From: an uncultured Chloroflexia bacterium
GTDB taxonomy: Bacteria > Chloroflexota > Limnocylindria > Limnocylindrales > CSP1-4
Direction: 5' to 3'
DNA: 64,000 bases
NCBI GenBank assembly: GCA_963729175.1
Contig: CAVSMY010000010.1
Location: 491,262-555,261 of the forward strand
Positions 41,750 through 51,776 of this stretch are shown here, one piece after another. A model generated the notes under the pieces. It had not been told where the DNA came from and did not search any database. It worked only from the letters and a program-made list of their open reading frames with translations. A program made the translations under genes and the position numbers. Within the stretch, counting starts at the first letter, position 1. Every line of letters begins with the position of its first letter.

Positions 41750-43508
41750 CTAGAGCATCTTGAACCCGAACGGGTCCGGCCGCGGCAGGTCGATGCTCGC
41801 CGGATCGTCGATACGGACGCCCTGGAACAGGCCCTTGAACCCGGCCAGCCAGGCGTGGGCCCGCGGCGTCAGCTCGTAGTCGTCGGTCATGAAGCGGCCG
41901 CGCGCGACGAGGATCCCCGAGGTCCGCGCCGTGGTACCGGTAGCCGCCGGCCTCGGCGATCCGGAGATAGAACGCCTCGTCCTCGTGCTCGAGACGGTGC
42001 CAATCAGTGGCCGCGCGGTCGAAGCCGATGCTGCCGTCGCCGGCCAGCCGCCAGATGCCCGAGCGCGGCGCGGCGGTCAACAGCTCGACGTCGTCGCCGG
42101 TGTCCTTCATCACGAGCTGGGCCCACGAGTCCATCCGGTCACCCGCCGCAGCCCAGCGGTCGTTCAGGTCCTCGATGTCGAGGTCGTAGTCGACGTCGAG
42201 GAACTCGAGCAAGTGGAGGAGGAACGGCGGCATGTCGCCGTATGCCACGGCGCTGACGTTCGTGATCGAGCTGGCACCCGTGATGCGGGGGTTCAGCTCG
42301 CCGAGATAGAGCTCGCCGGTGGCGGCGTCGGCGAGGAAGTCGAGCTCGAAGTAGCCGCGATAACCCTCCGCCCGGAGGCGCTCGCCCATCGCCCGCGTCC
42401 GCTCCCGCGCCAGGTCGTTGAGCTGTCGACCGAGCGGATGGCCGAAGACCTCGTCGCCGCACCAGCCGCCTCCGTACGGCGTCAACTCGCCGAACCCCGC
42501 GAGCTCGGTCATGAGCGGGCCGACCAGCGTCCCGTGGCGGGTGACGACGCCCTCGATCGCAAGCTCCTTGGGGTCGATCCGCCGCATGACCTTGAGGTCC
42601 TCGCTCTTCAGCTCGTCGGCGTGGCTCTTCCAGTCGGCGGCTGTCGAGATGAAGAACGTCGTCTTGCCCGAGTCGCCGTAAGGCGTCTGGACGACGAGGT
42701 CCGCGCCGAGGCCGGCTCCCGTCGCGAGCCTCCGGAGCTCGGTGTAGGTCCTCGCCCGGCCGAGCACATTCGGCACCGACGGCACGCCGGCCTCGTTGCC
42801 GAGCCGGGTCGTCACGACCTTGCTGTCGAGGCGGTGGCGCAGCGCGGCGCTCGGGAAGCCGAGTCTGAGGCCGGCTTCCTGGGACAGCCGCTCGGTCTCC
42901 TCGTCGAACATCAGGAACGTCGCCAGGCCACTGGTCCCGCCGTCGGCCCCGTCCGTGTCCCGCCCGGATGGCGTCGGTCGTCGCGAGTCGATGAGGTCGC
43001 GGATCTCCTTGTGGCCGACGAGGTAGTTCACGATCTCCTCGATCGACTCGAAGGCGCGCGGCTCCCGCTCCTGCGGGACGACGACGTTCGGATGGCCGCC
43101 ATCGAAGCTGTCGTAGTAGTTGATGTACCGGAAGTTCCGGACCCAGCGGTCGATGCCCAGCAGGTTGAACGCGGTCGCACTGACGAAGTAGATCGGCGTC
43201 TCGTTCGTCCGGAAGAACGCCCGGATGTCGGCCATGCCATCGAGATGCGGCCGGCTCCCGGACTCGACGGCTCTGCGCCGTGCCCGCGGACGGCTCGCCG
43301 TCGACGGCGCGCTCAGCGCCTCGGGCAGAGGCGGTGCGGCGGGCGGCGGGACGACGCTCGATGCTCCGGCCGTCGGCGCGGACGCCATCGGGATCACCGG
43401 GGCGTCATCGGGCTCGAGCCGTCGCCGGGCGGCGATCGCCCTCGCTGCCACTGCTCCGGCGCCCGCTGCGGCCATGCCCAGCGCCGCCACGACCACGCGC
43501 CGCCACAT
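41750..43508 (-). CDS. ATP-grasp (biotin-carboxylase-like) ligase (+1 frameshift near 41916)
   Basis: LDSK, VVQTPYGDSGKTT, YFELDFL, LGELNPR. Removing one G gives ...GADLGILVARGRF...FKML* abutting the C45 start. Span 1759 nt = 3n+1. Confidence 0.82.
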
Positions 43509-43597
43509 CGTCGCTCGGCTCCCTCCGGACAGGCTCCCGTCAGAGTGGCGAGCCTATCACTCGGCTGCGGCGTGGCACCGTCACCACGGTCGAGCCG

Positions 43598-45742
43598 TCA
43601 GGCCTCCGCCAGGACCTCGTGTGCCGTGGCCCCCGCTGGCGGCGTCGCCGTCGTCGGCGCGGGCTTGCCGAGCTCGATGCCGATCTCGTGCAGCCAGCGG
43701 CGGAGGTTGCGGTAGATCGCCGGAGCGCCGAGCGGGACCTCCTCGTCGAGCTCCCACTCGACCGGGTGGAGGATGAACGGCTCGGTCTGCGGGCCGCCCA
43801 GACCGCCGTGTGAGCCGATGAGCTCCTCGAAGGCCGCGACCTCCCCGAGCTCGGGGTTGTACTGGCTCAGGGCCAGCAGGTCCGGCGCGTGGGTCATCGC
43901 GTCCTCGCGCTTGAGGCTCATGATCGTGTGCGGCCCGAACAGGGTCGTCGGATCCTCGCCCTCCACCCGATCCTCGTCGAGATAGCGCGTCCCCTTGGGC
44001 CCGAAGACGACGGCTCCATGGGTGCGCGAGCGGACCAGCAGGAGCCCGACCCCGGGATGCGCGGCGACCGCCGCGACGAGACCCGGATGGAGCTCCTCGA
44101 GCTCCTCGACCGTCAGGCGATGATCGTGGCCGGTGAACCACACCAGGCCGAGATTGCCCGAGCCGACGACCGCGATCGTCGATGGGTCGGCGACCGGGAT
44201 CTCCTCTTCCTCGTCGAGATCGACGATCCCGTCGGTGGTCTTGCCCGCGAGCGCGGCGCGGGCGACCGACGGCCCGACGCCCCGACTCTGGGTGATCTCG
44301 GAGAGGAGCGAGTTGACGAAGACCGAGCCCTCGGCCTTCGTCTTCGTCTCGACGAGGGTCGCCCGACCGCTCATCAGGCTCCGGACGAACTCGCCGAGGC
44401 TGACGCCGTAGCGCTGGAGGAATGTCTCGCCGAGGCTCTGGCCGTGATCCGAGAGGACGACGAACTTGTACGGTCGTGGCGCGTCCTCGGTCGCCTTCAC
44501 CAGCGACGCGATCGCTCTGTCGACGCCGTCGAGTGCCTCGAACGATTCGACCCGCTCCGGGCCGCAGTGATGCGCCAGCTCGTCGTAATCGGTGAAGTCG
44601 GCGTAGATGACGTTCGTCCCGCGATACATCTCCTCGATGATCAAGGCGACGTTCATGTCGCGGAGCAGGACGTTGCTCGCGGCCCGCATGCCGGCGTACT
44701 TCAGGCCGCGGTGCATCTGGGGTCGGATCCCAGCCCGCCTCGTCCGGCGTGCCTGGATGAGCTCCTTGATGAACTCGCCGAGGAACATCGTGAACGAGCG
44801 CAGATACCCGGTCGGGCTGAAGAAGAAGCCGAGGAAGGCGTTGCTGTCGCCGATGCCACCGCCCTCCTGCTTGATGACCGCGGTCGTCAGATAGGACCGG
44901 GTCGCGTCACCCGACAGGAGGTTGCAGATGCTGGCGCCGTTGTTCGAGAGCAGGCCCTCGCCGTTCGAGAGGCGGCTGACGATGAGGGCCGCGTCGACCG
45001 GGCTGCTCGAGACCATCAGGTGCTGGCGGTCACGCTCGTACCAGCGGAACGCCGGGATGCCGTCGTTCGTGCCGTGGAGGATGCCCGCCTGGCTGCCGGA
45101 GGTCATCGAGGGCAGGAGGGCTTCCCAGCGCGAGAGACGGTGGGTCCCGTCACGCACCCAGCCGGACAGGGTGTTGACCGATCCGGCCCGCATCCGGCCG
45201 GCCAGGATGGGATGGGCCAGGCCGTCGATCTGGATGACCACCAGACCGGGCTGGTCGGACTGGCCGGTCGCGCGCTTCACCATGAGCCGCTGGATGAGCA
45301 GCCCGTAGTACGAGTCGCCGCTGTCGATGCCGAGGATCGCGGTCAGGATCGTGTTGAAGATCGCGTAGATGAACGACGCGACCAGGGCCGACACGAAGCC
45401 GGCGACGTGGACGCCCGGCGCGAAGGTGGCGATGACGAGGAACGCGACGACCTGGAGGACCAGGACGAGGATTCCGACGAGGATCAGCGAGACGGGCGCG
45501 GCGAGTGTCAGGACGACCGGCCGGACGATCGCGTTGAACAGGGCGATGAGGATGACGGCGACGACGCCGTCGATGATCCGGTCGACCTGCATCCGGTCGC
45601 CGATGATCCAGGCCGTGAGCATGAACGAGATCGTGGCGACGATCAGCGTGATCAACAGGCGGCGGATCAGCGCGACGCGTCCACCGCGCCACTCCCACAG
45701 CACCCGGAGCTGCAGGCTGTAGAAGTCGATCAATCTGCGCAT
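43598..45742 (-). CDS. Phage-holin-4-like membrane domain fused to alkaline-phosphatase-superfamily domain
   Basis: N-terminal 4 TM (NAIVRPV); QIDGL, SMTSGSQAGILHG, YDELAHH, LSDHGQ, HGGLGG. Confidence 0.85.
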   Translation of the reverse strand: MRRLIDFYSLQLRVLWEWRGGRVALIRRLLITLIVATISFMLTAWIIGDRMQVDRIIDGVVAVILIALFNAIVRPVVLTLAAPVSLILVGILVLVLQVVAFLVIATFAPGVHVAGFVSALVASFIYAIFNTILTAILGIDSGDSYYGLLIQRLMVKRATGQSDQPGLVVIQIDGLAHPILAGRMRAGSVNTLSGWVRDGTHRLSRWEALLPSMTSGSQAGILHGTNDGIPAFRWYERDRQHLMVSSSPVDAALIVSRLSNGEGLLSNNGASICNLLSGDATRSYLTTAVIKQEGGGIGDSNAFLGFFFSPTGYLRSFTMFLGEFIKELIQARRTRRAGIRPQMHRGLKYAGMRAASNVLLRDMNVALIIEEMYRGTNVIYADFTDYDELAHHCGPERVESFEALDGVDRAIASLVKATEDAPRPYKFVVLSDHGQSLGETFLQRYGVSLGEFVRSLMSGRATLVETKTKAEGSVFVNSLLSEITQSRGVGPSVARAALAGKTTDGIVDLDEEEEIPVADPSTIAVVGSGNLGLVWFTGHDHRLTVEELEELHPGLVAAVAAHPGVGLLLVRSRTHGAVVFGPKGTRYLDEDRVEGEDPTTLFGPHTIMSLKREDAMTHAPDLLALSQYNPELGEVAAFEELIGSHGGLGGPQTEPFILHPVEWELDEEVPLGAPAIYRNLRRWLHEIGIELGKPAPTTATPPAGATAHEVLAEA

Positions 45743-45805
45743 CGCCGGACTGTAGGCGATGGGCCGTCGACTTCATCACCCGAAGTAGGTGGTTTCGCGG
45801 TCGCG

Positions 45806-45943
45806 CGCGCCGGGGACAGACGTGCGCGCGGGCCACTGACGTCCGCTCGGGGCACGGACCTGGGCGCCTGGCACGGTCGCGAGAAGCGCCTGGCACGGAC
45901 GTGCGCTCGGGGTACGGACGTGCGCGCCTGGCACGGTCGCGAG
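45806..45943. repeat. Degenerate ~19-bp repeat x7 with 60-bp higher-order period, upstream of the HTH-nuclease gene
   Basis: Consensus about CGC(G/T)C(C/G)(T/G)GGCACGGACGTG; core spacing 19,19,19,22,19,19. Confidence 0.8.
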
Positions 45944-46004
45944 GCGCGCCAGCCGTGCATCGGCGGATGAGCCGCGGTGCAGCGGCGCCGTCCATCCTCG
46001 GCTC

Positions 46005-46721
46005 ATGGATCGCATCCGCGTCGCCAGACAGGTCCGCGCGTTGCGTCGCCGGAAGCGGTGGCGCCAGGCGGACCTCGCCCGGGCGGCGCGTGTCTCGAGG
46101 ACGCTCATCTCTCGCATCGAGTGCGGCCGCGCCGACACGCTCACCGTCGCGACCCTCGACCGGGTGACTGCGGCGCTCGGAGCGCGATTCGACTGCCGGC
46201 TGACATGGAACGGCGAGGCGCTCGATCGCCTCCTGGACGAAGATCACGCCTCGGTCGTCGAGCGCGTCGTGCGCATCCTCGACATCGATGGCTGGCTGGT
46301 CGCGACGGAAGTGAGTTTCAACATGTTCGGTGAGCGCGGCTCGGTCGACGTGCTCGCCTTCCACGCGGCGACGCGGACCCTGCTCGTCGTCGAGGTGAAG
46401 ACCGTCGTCCCCGACGTCCAGGCCACGCTCATGACGCTCGATCGCAAGGCACGGCTCGGACCCGAGATCGCAAGGCTGCGAGGTTGGCGGCCCGCGCGCA
46501 TCTGGGTGGTCCTCGTGATCCGCGACGCGCGCACCGCGCGGCGTCGGGTCGAGGCGCATGCCGCCACATTCGCCTCGACCCTGCCGGCCAGGACGGCCGA
46601 GGTCCGCGGCGCACTGCGATCGCCGAGCGCGCGGTCGTCGGCCCTTCGCGGGATCTGGTTTCTGCCAGATGACACTCAGGCGGTCACTCGTCAGCGCGTC
46701 CACGTCGCGGGACCTGCGTGA
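46005..46721 (+). CDS. XRE-family HTH fused to PD-(D/E)XK nuclease-like domain
   Basis: LRRRKRWRQADLARAARVSRTLISRIECG (HTH_3); EVSF...GERGSVD...LLVVEVKT. Confidence 0.85.
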   Translation: MDRIRVARQVRALRRRKRWRQADLARAARVSRTLISRIECGRADTLTVATLDRVTAALGARFDCRLTWNGEALDRLLDEDHASVVERVVRILDIDGWLVATEVSFNMFGERGSVDVLAFHAATRTLLVVEVKTVVPDVQATLMTLDRKARLGPEIARLRGWRPARIWVVLVIRDARTARRRVEAHAATFASTLPARTAEVRGALRSPSARSSALRGIWFLPDDTQAVTRQRVHVAGPA

Positions 46722-46941
46722 TGTTCCGGGCCACGCTCGGTTCGGGACGATCGGAGGGTGGAGTCCTGACACCTGCCTCGGTGCCTGCACGGATGACGAG
46801 GACCCGCTGACCAAGGATCACGTGCTGAACCGCTGGCAGAAAGCCGGCCAGCGACCGGACGGCGACAAGACGGCGAACGGCAGACAGCCAGCCCGACCCT
46901 GCGGGCCGACCGCGGACGGCGGCGGCAGGACAGCGGAGATG

Positions 46942-46972
46942 AAAAGCCCGGAGCGGGGATCGCTCCGGGCTT
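46942..46972 (-). terminator. Intrinsic terminator of dnaK
   Basis: AAGCCCGGAGCG-ATCCC-CGCTCCGGGCTTTT. Confidence 0.85.
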
Positions 46973-47005
46973 CGTGAGGCCGAGCAGGGTGGAGGAGCGC
47001 CCTGG

Positions 47006-48958
47006 CTAGACCTCCTTGAACTCGCCCTCGACCGTCTCCTCGGTGGCGGCGTCGCCGGCCGCCGAGCCGTCACCCGACGGGCCCGCGTCGCCACCATCCC
47101 CGGGCTCGCCGGCGCCGGAGCCGTTCGACGACCCGGCCTCGCTGGCGGATGCCTGGTAGGCGGCCGTCGAGACGCGTTGGAGCAGCTCGGTGAGCTCCGA
47201 GACGCGCGTCCGCACGACCTCGATGCCCTCCGTCTTCAGCGCGTTGCGAAGCAGCGCGACCTTCTCCTCGACGGCGGCCTTGTCCTCTGACGAGACCTTG
47301 TCACCGAGGTCGGCGATCGTCCGCTCGGCCTGGTAGGTGAGCTGCTCCGCCTGGTTGCGGGTCTCGACCTCCTCGCGCCGCTGCTTGTCCTCCTCGGCGT
47401 GCTCCTGGGCCTCGCGGACCATCCGGTCCACGTCGTCCTTGCCGAGCATCGACGATGCCGTGATGCGGACCTGCTGCTCCTTGCTCGTGGCCCGGTCCTT
47501 GGCCTTGACGTCGAGGATGCCGTTGGCATCGAGGTCGAAGGTGACCTCGATCTGGGGCACGCCTCGAGGTGCCGGCGGGATGCCGTCGAGGATGAACCGG
47601 CCGAGGGTCTTGTTGTCCTGGGCGAAGTCGCGCTCGCCCTGGAGGACATGGATCTCGACCTGGTTCTGGTTGTCCGACGCCGTCGAGAACGTCTGCGACT
47701 TCGACGTCGGGATCGTCGTGTTGCGGTCGATGAGCCGGGTCATGACGCCACCGAGGGTCTCGATCCCGAGGGACAGCGGCGTGACGTCGAGGAGGAGGAC
47801 GTCCTTCACCTCGCCGCCGAGCACGCCGGCCTGGATCGCGGCGCCGACGGCGACCACCTCGTCCGGGTTGACGCCCTTGTGCGGCTCCTTGCCGCCGAAC
47901 ATCGCCTTGACCGCCTCGACGACGGCCGGCATCCGGGTCATGCCGCCGACCAGGATCACCTCATCGATGTCCTTGGCCGTCAGACCGGCGTCCTTGAGCG
48001 CGGCCTTGACGGGGCCGGCCGTCTTGTCGACCAGATCCTTGACGAGGTCCTCGAGCTTCGCCCGGGTCAGCGACACGACGAGGTGCTTCGGTCCGCTCGA
48101 GTCGGCCGTGATGTACGGCAGGTTGATCTCGGTCTGGGCGGTCGTCGAGAGCTCGATCTTCGCCTTCTCGGAGGCCTCCTTGAGGCGCTGCATCGCCTGG
48201 GCATCCTTCGAGAGGTCGATGCCCTGGTCCTTCTTGAACTCGGCCAGCAGCCAGTCGATGACCCGCTGGTCGAAGTCGTCGCCGCCCAGGTGGGTGTCGC
48301 CATTGGTCGCCTTGACCTCGAAGACGCCGTCGCCCAGCTCGAGGATCGAGATGTCGAACGTGCCGCCGCCCAGGTCATAGACGGCGATCTTCTCGTCGAC
48401 CTTCTTGTCGAGGCCGTAGGCGAGGGCCGAGGCCGTCGGCTCGTTGATGATCCGCTTGACCTCGAGCCCGGCGATCCGACCGGCGTCCTTGGTCGCCTGG
48501 CGCTGGGTGTCGTCGAAGTAGGCCGGGACGGTGATGACCGCCTCGGTGACCTTCTCGCCGAGATACGCCTCGGCGTCGGTCTTGAGCTTCTGGAGGATCA
48601 TCGCGCTGATCTCGGGCGGGGTGTAGCTCTTGCCGTCGGCCAGCGCGACCCGGATGCCGTCGGACTTGGGGTCCTTCTCGACCTTGTACGGGACGAGCTC
48701 CCGGCTGCGCTTGACCTCGGGGTCGTCGAACCGGCGGCCCATGAAGCGCTTGATCGAGTAGACCGTGTTGCCGGGGTTGGTGACCGACTGGCGCTTGGCC
48801 AGCTGGCCGACCAGCCGCTCGCCGGTCTTCGTGAAGGCGACGACCGACGGCACCGTCCGGCCGCCCTCGGCCGAGGCGATGACCGTGGGCTCGCCGCCCT
48901 CCATGACGGCGACGACGCTGTTCGTCGTGCCGAGGTCGATGCCGATGATCTTGCCCAT
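47006..48958 (-). CDS. dnaK: Chaperone DnaK
   Basis: [38 protein letters not shown]. Confidence 0.99.
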   Translation of the reverse strand: MGKIIGIDLGTTNSVVAVMEGGEPTVIASAEGGRTVPSVVAFTKTGERLVGQLAKRQSVTNPGNTVYSIKRFMGRRFDDPEVKRSRELVPYKVEKDPKSDGIRVALADGKSYTPPEISAMILQKLKTDAEAYLGEKVTEAVITVPAYFDDTQRQATKDAGRIAGLEVKRIINEPTASALAYGLDKKVDEKIAVYDLGGGTFDISILELGDGVFEVKATNGDTHLGGDDFDQRVIDWLLAEFKKDQGIDLSKDAQAMQRLKEASEKAKIELSTTAQTEINLPYITADSSGPKHLVVSLTRAKLEDLVKDLVDKTAGPVKAALKDAGLTAKDIDEVILVGGMTRMPAVVEAVKAMFGGKEPHKGVNPDEVVAVGAAIQAGVLGGEVKDVLLLDVTPLSLGIETLGGVMTRLIDRNTTIPTSKSQTFSTASDNQNQVEIHVLQGERDFAQDNKTLGRFILDGIPPAPRGVPQIEVTFDLDANGILDVKAKDRATSKEQQVRITASSMLGKDDVDRMVREAQEHAEEDKQRREEVETRNQAEQLTYQAERTIADLGDKVSSEDKAAVEEKVALLRNALKTEGIEVVRTRVSELTELLQRVSTAAYQASASEAGSSNGSGAGEPGDGGDAGPSGDGSAAGDAATEETVEGEFKEV

Positions 48959-49009
48959 CGTGTGTCTTTGCTCCTTCCGGTGGCGCGGGAGTGGGAGCCG
49001 CCTGTGCGG

Positions 49010-49606
49010 CTAGTTGCTGGGAGTGGTCGGTGTGTCGGTGGTCGTCCGGTCGGTCGAGCCGGCCGGCCCGTCGGCGACCGAGACGAGTGCGGGACGGAGG
49101 ATCTTGTCGCGGAGGCGATAGCCTCGCCGGACCTCCTCGACGATCGCACCGTCCGGCAGGCCGGTGCCGGGGACGTTGACGATCGCGTCGTGCTCGCGGG
49201 GATCGAACGGCGTGCCGCGCGTCGCGACGATCGGGCTCACACCCTCGCTCTCGAGGAGCAGGCGAAGCTTGCGGTCGATGGCCGCGACCCCGTCGGCCCA
49301 GGCGTCACCCGCGAGAGCCTTCGGCCGGGCGTCGATCGCGCGGTCGAAGTCGTCGGCGACGGCCAGGACCTTGCTGATCAGCCCCTCTGCGGCGAGCCCG
49401 AGCGAGGCCTCGCGCTCCTCGGCGGTCCGGCGCTTGAAGTTCTGGAACTCGGCCCGCTCGCGCTGGAGCCCGGCGAGGAACTCATCGGCCTTCGCGACGG
49501 CCGCGTCACGCTGCTCCGACAGCCGCTCGATCTCGGCGAGCAGCGTCGTCGGGCTGATGTCGATCTCGTCGGCGCGCTCCTGTGCGCGGGTCCTGCGGTC
49601 AGGCAT
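49010..49606 (-). CDS. grpE: Nucleotide exchange factor GrpE
   Basis: AEFQNFKRR, DDFDRA, FDPREHDAI, GYRL...LRPALV. Confidence 0.97.
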   Translation of the reverse strand: MPDRRTRAQERADEIDISPTTLLAEIERLSEQRDAAVAKADEFLAGLQRERAEFQNFKRRTAEEREASLGLAAEGLISKVLAVADDFDRAIDARPKALAGDAWADGVAAIDRKLRLLLESEGVSPIVATRGTPFDPREHDAIVNVPGTGLPDGAIVEEVRRGYRLRDKILRPALVSVADGPAGSTDRTTTDTPTTPSN

Positions 49607-50681
49607 ACAGGTGGTCCACCAGCTCGTTCATGAGGCCGGACACGAATCGGACCGTGCCGATGGCCTGCGGATAGGCGAGGCGCGTCGGGCCGAGGACCCC
49701 GACGACGCCGACGGCGCTGCCCGGCCGCCCGTATGGGGCGAGGATCAGCGCGACCTCGGCCATCTCGACCGGTGGGTTCTCGTGACCGATGAAGACGTGG
49801 ACCCGGCCCGGCGCGGCTCTCGCGACGCGGCCGAACAGGTCCGACAGATAGGAGCGGTTCTCGAGGGCCGTGAAGACCCGCCGCAGCTTGTCGCCCTCGG
49901 CGAACTCCGGGGCCTCCATGACGTTGAGGAGGCCGTCGCTGAAGAGCTCTTCCACCGCCGCCGCATCGTACTCCCGGAGGCTCCGAGCGACCCGCTCGGC
50001 GAGAGTCCGCGTCAGAGCGGTATCGGGGCCCGCACGGCGGGGGTCGACCTCGAGACGGGCGGCCCGTCGCTCGATCGCCTCGGCGGTCTGGTCGGCCATC
50101 AGCTCGTTGAGCCGACCGGCGATGCGGGTCAGGCGATCCTGGTCGACCGGGCCGTCAAGCGTGACGAGGAGCTGCTTGATCGTCCCTTCGCGCATCACCA
50201 GGATCAGGCTGGCGAGGCGCTCCTGGAGTGCCACCAGGTCGATCCGTCGGACGCGCGCGGCCCGGGCCTTCGCGGGTGTCGCCAGGCCAGCGGCGCGCGT
50301 GACCGAGGCGAGGGTCGAGGCCGCCAGGCGGAACCAGTGCTCCGAGGCGAACTCGACCTGGCCGAACTGGTGGCGGATCATCAGCTGCTCGACCGCCGGC
50401 AGCGGCACGGACTCGACGATCGCCTCGACATACCAGCGGTAGCCGGCATCGGTCGGGATGCGACCGGCCGAGGTGTGCGGGTGGGTCAGGAGGCCCGCGA
50501 TCTCGAGCTCGGCGAGGACGTTGCGGACGGTCGCCGACGAGACGCCCAGCCGATAGCGATCGACGAGCGCCTGCGACGCGACAGGGGTCGCGGTCGTGAT
50601 GTAGTCCTCGATGACGGCCCGAAGGATCGCCTGGCTGCGAAGGTCCAGCGGGCCGCTGGTGCGGCGGATCCGTCGCGCCAC
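49599..50681 (-). CDS. hrcA: Heat-inducible repressor HrcA
   Basis: VSSATVRN, PHTSAGRIPTDAGYR, VFIGHEN, GVLGPTRL; adjacent CIRCE. Confidence 0.97.
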   Translation of the reverse strand: MARRIRRTSGPLDLRSQAILRAVIEDYITTATPVASQALVDRYRLGVSSATVRNVLAELEIAGLLTHPHTSAGRIPTDAGYRWYVEAIVESVPLPAVEQLMIRHQFGQVEFASEHWFRLAASTLASVTRAAGLATPAKARAARVRRIDLVALQERLASLILVMREGTIKQLLVTLDGPVDQDRLTRIAGRLNELMADQTAEAIERRAARLEVDPRRAGPDTALTRTLAERVARSLREYDAAAVEELFSDGLLNVMEAPEFAEGDKLRRVFTALENRSYLSDLFGRVARAAPGRVHVFIGHENPPVEMAEVALILAPYGRPGSAVGVVGVLGPTRLAYPQAIGTVRFVSGLMNELVDHLYA

Positions 50682-50716
50682 GTGCCAGCTCCCTGTCTCA
50701 ATTCGTGCGTGGAGCG

Positions 50717-50743
50717 TTAGCACTCATGGTGTGAGAGTGCTAA
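50717..50743. promoter_or_regulatory. CIRCE operator
   Basis: Perfect TTAGCACTC-N9-GAGTGCTAA. Confidence 0.98.
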
Positions 50744-50755
50744 CTCTTGGGGCGC

Positions 50756-50785
50756 ATCGTAGCAGTCCCATGGTGCGAGTGTCAA
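50756..50785 (-). promoter_or_regulatory. Sigma70-type promoter of the hrcA operon
   Basis: TTGACA-N18-TACGAT just upstream of CIRCE. Confidence 0.85.
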
Positions 50786-50855
50786 CGCTCGTGCCGCCAT
50801 GCTCGCGGCGTCGCAGGCCCCCCCGCAGCCGAGTGCGCCCGCGCGCCGCCGCGAC

Positions 50856-51692
50856 CTAGAAGTCGGGGCCCGGCTTCCCGAACAGCGTCCCGAGGGAGAT
50901 CCAGGCGCAGCCGGCGAGGACGGCGGTCAGGACGTCGGCGGCGGCCACGGCACCCGTCATCGCCGCGGCGGTCCCGAGTGGGGCGTCGCTCGTGACGATC
51001 GACGGGAACGCGACGGTCGCGACGAGCCCGACGACACCGAGGACGATGAGGATCGGCCGTGGCAGATCGAGCAGTCGAGCGACACCGGCGACGAGGACGA
51101 TCGCGAGCAAGCCGGCGACGAACAGGCCGTCGCCCTTCCCGAGCAGCCCGAGAGCCGGCGACGGGTCCGGCTTGCCCGGCTGGACGACCGGCAGGAGGAG
51201 CGCGGCGCCGATCGTGCCCATCCCGATCAGGACGGCCATCCGTGTCGGGCCCATGAGCAGGGAGCCAGCGGCCAGGGCGCTGCCCCACAGGGCGATGACG
51301 ATCCCCGTCGCCTGGCTCGTGGCGACGCCGTCGCCTTCAGGAGCGAGCGCGTCGCGGAGCGTCATCAGGAGCAGGAAGCCCAGTGCGACGGCCGCCCCGA
51401 AGGCCAGGATCGTGCCACCGGATCGGAGCTCGCGGCGCCCGGCCAGGTCAAGGATGCCGAGGATCGCGAAGATCGCCCCGAGGGCGAACAAGCTCCACTT
51501 GAGCTCGAACCCGCCGATCGTGACCTGGTCGACCGAATAGGCCGAGTCGGGACCGACGAGGCCCGGGAGGGCGACGATGACGGCACCGACGAGGAGGCCC
51601 GCGCCGGTCGACAGCTCCTCGATCGCGGGCAGCGGCAAGGCCGGCGCCTTGATCGCCGGCAGCCGCGGAGCGCTCCGTGACGGGCTGGTCAT
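50856..51692 (-). CDS. Hypothetical multi-pass membrane protein
   Basis: About 8 hydrophobic segments; TAGGCT 9 nt upstream. Confidence 0.75.
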   Translation of the reverse strand: MTSPSRSAPRLPAIKAPALPLPAIEELSTGAGLLVGAVIVALPGLVGPDSAYSVDQVTIGGFELKWSLFALGAIFAILGILDLAGRRELRSGGTILAFGAAVALGFLLLMTLRDALAPEGDGVATSQATGIVIALWGSALAAGSLLMGPTRMAVLIGMGTIGAALLLPVVQPGKPDPSPALGLLGKGDGLFVAGLLAIVLVAGVARLLDLPRPILIVLGVVGLVATVAFPSIVTSDAPLGTAAAMTGAVAAADVLTAVLAGCAWISLGTLFGKPGPDF

Positions 51693-51776
51693 CGCCCGAC
51701 CAGCCTACGCCCGCGATGCAATCTCCCGGGACCGCTCCACAGTGCCCCGGACCGACCGAGCCGAGGCGTCGCGCGA

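Noticed and set aside
43598-45742. Prophage suggested by the holin-like domain
   Set aside because: No other phage genes; the domain is fused to a phosphodiesterase-like enzyme as in ordinary chromosomal genes
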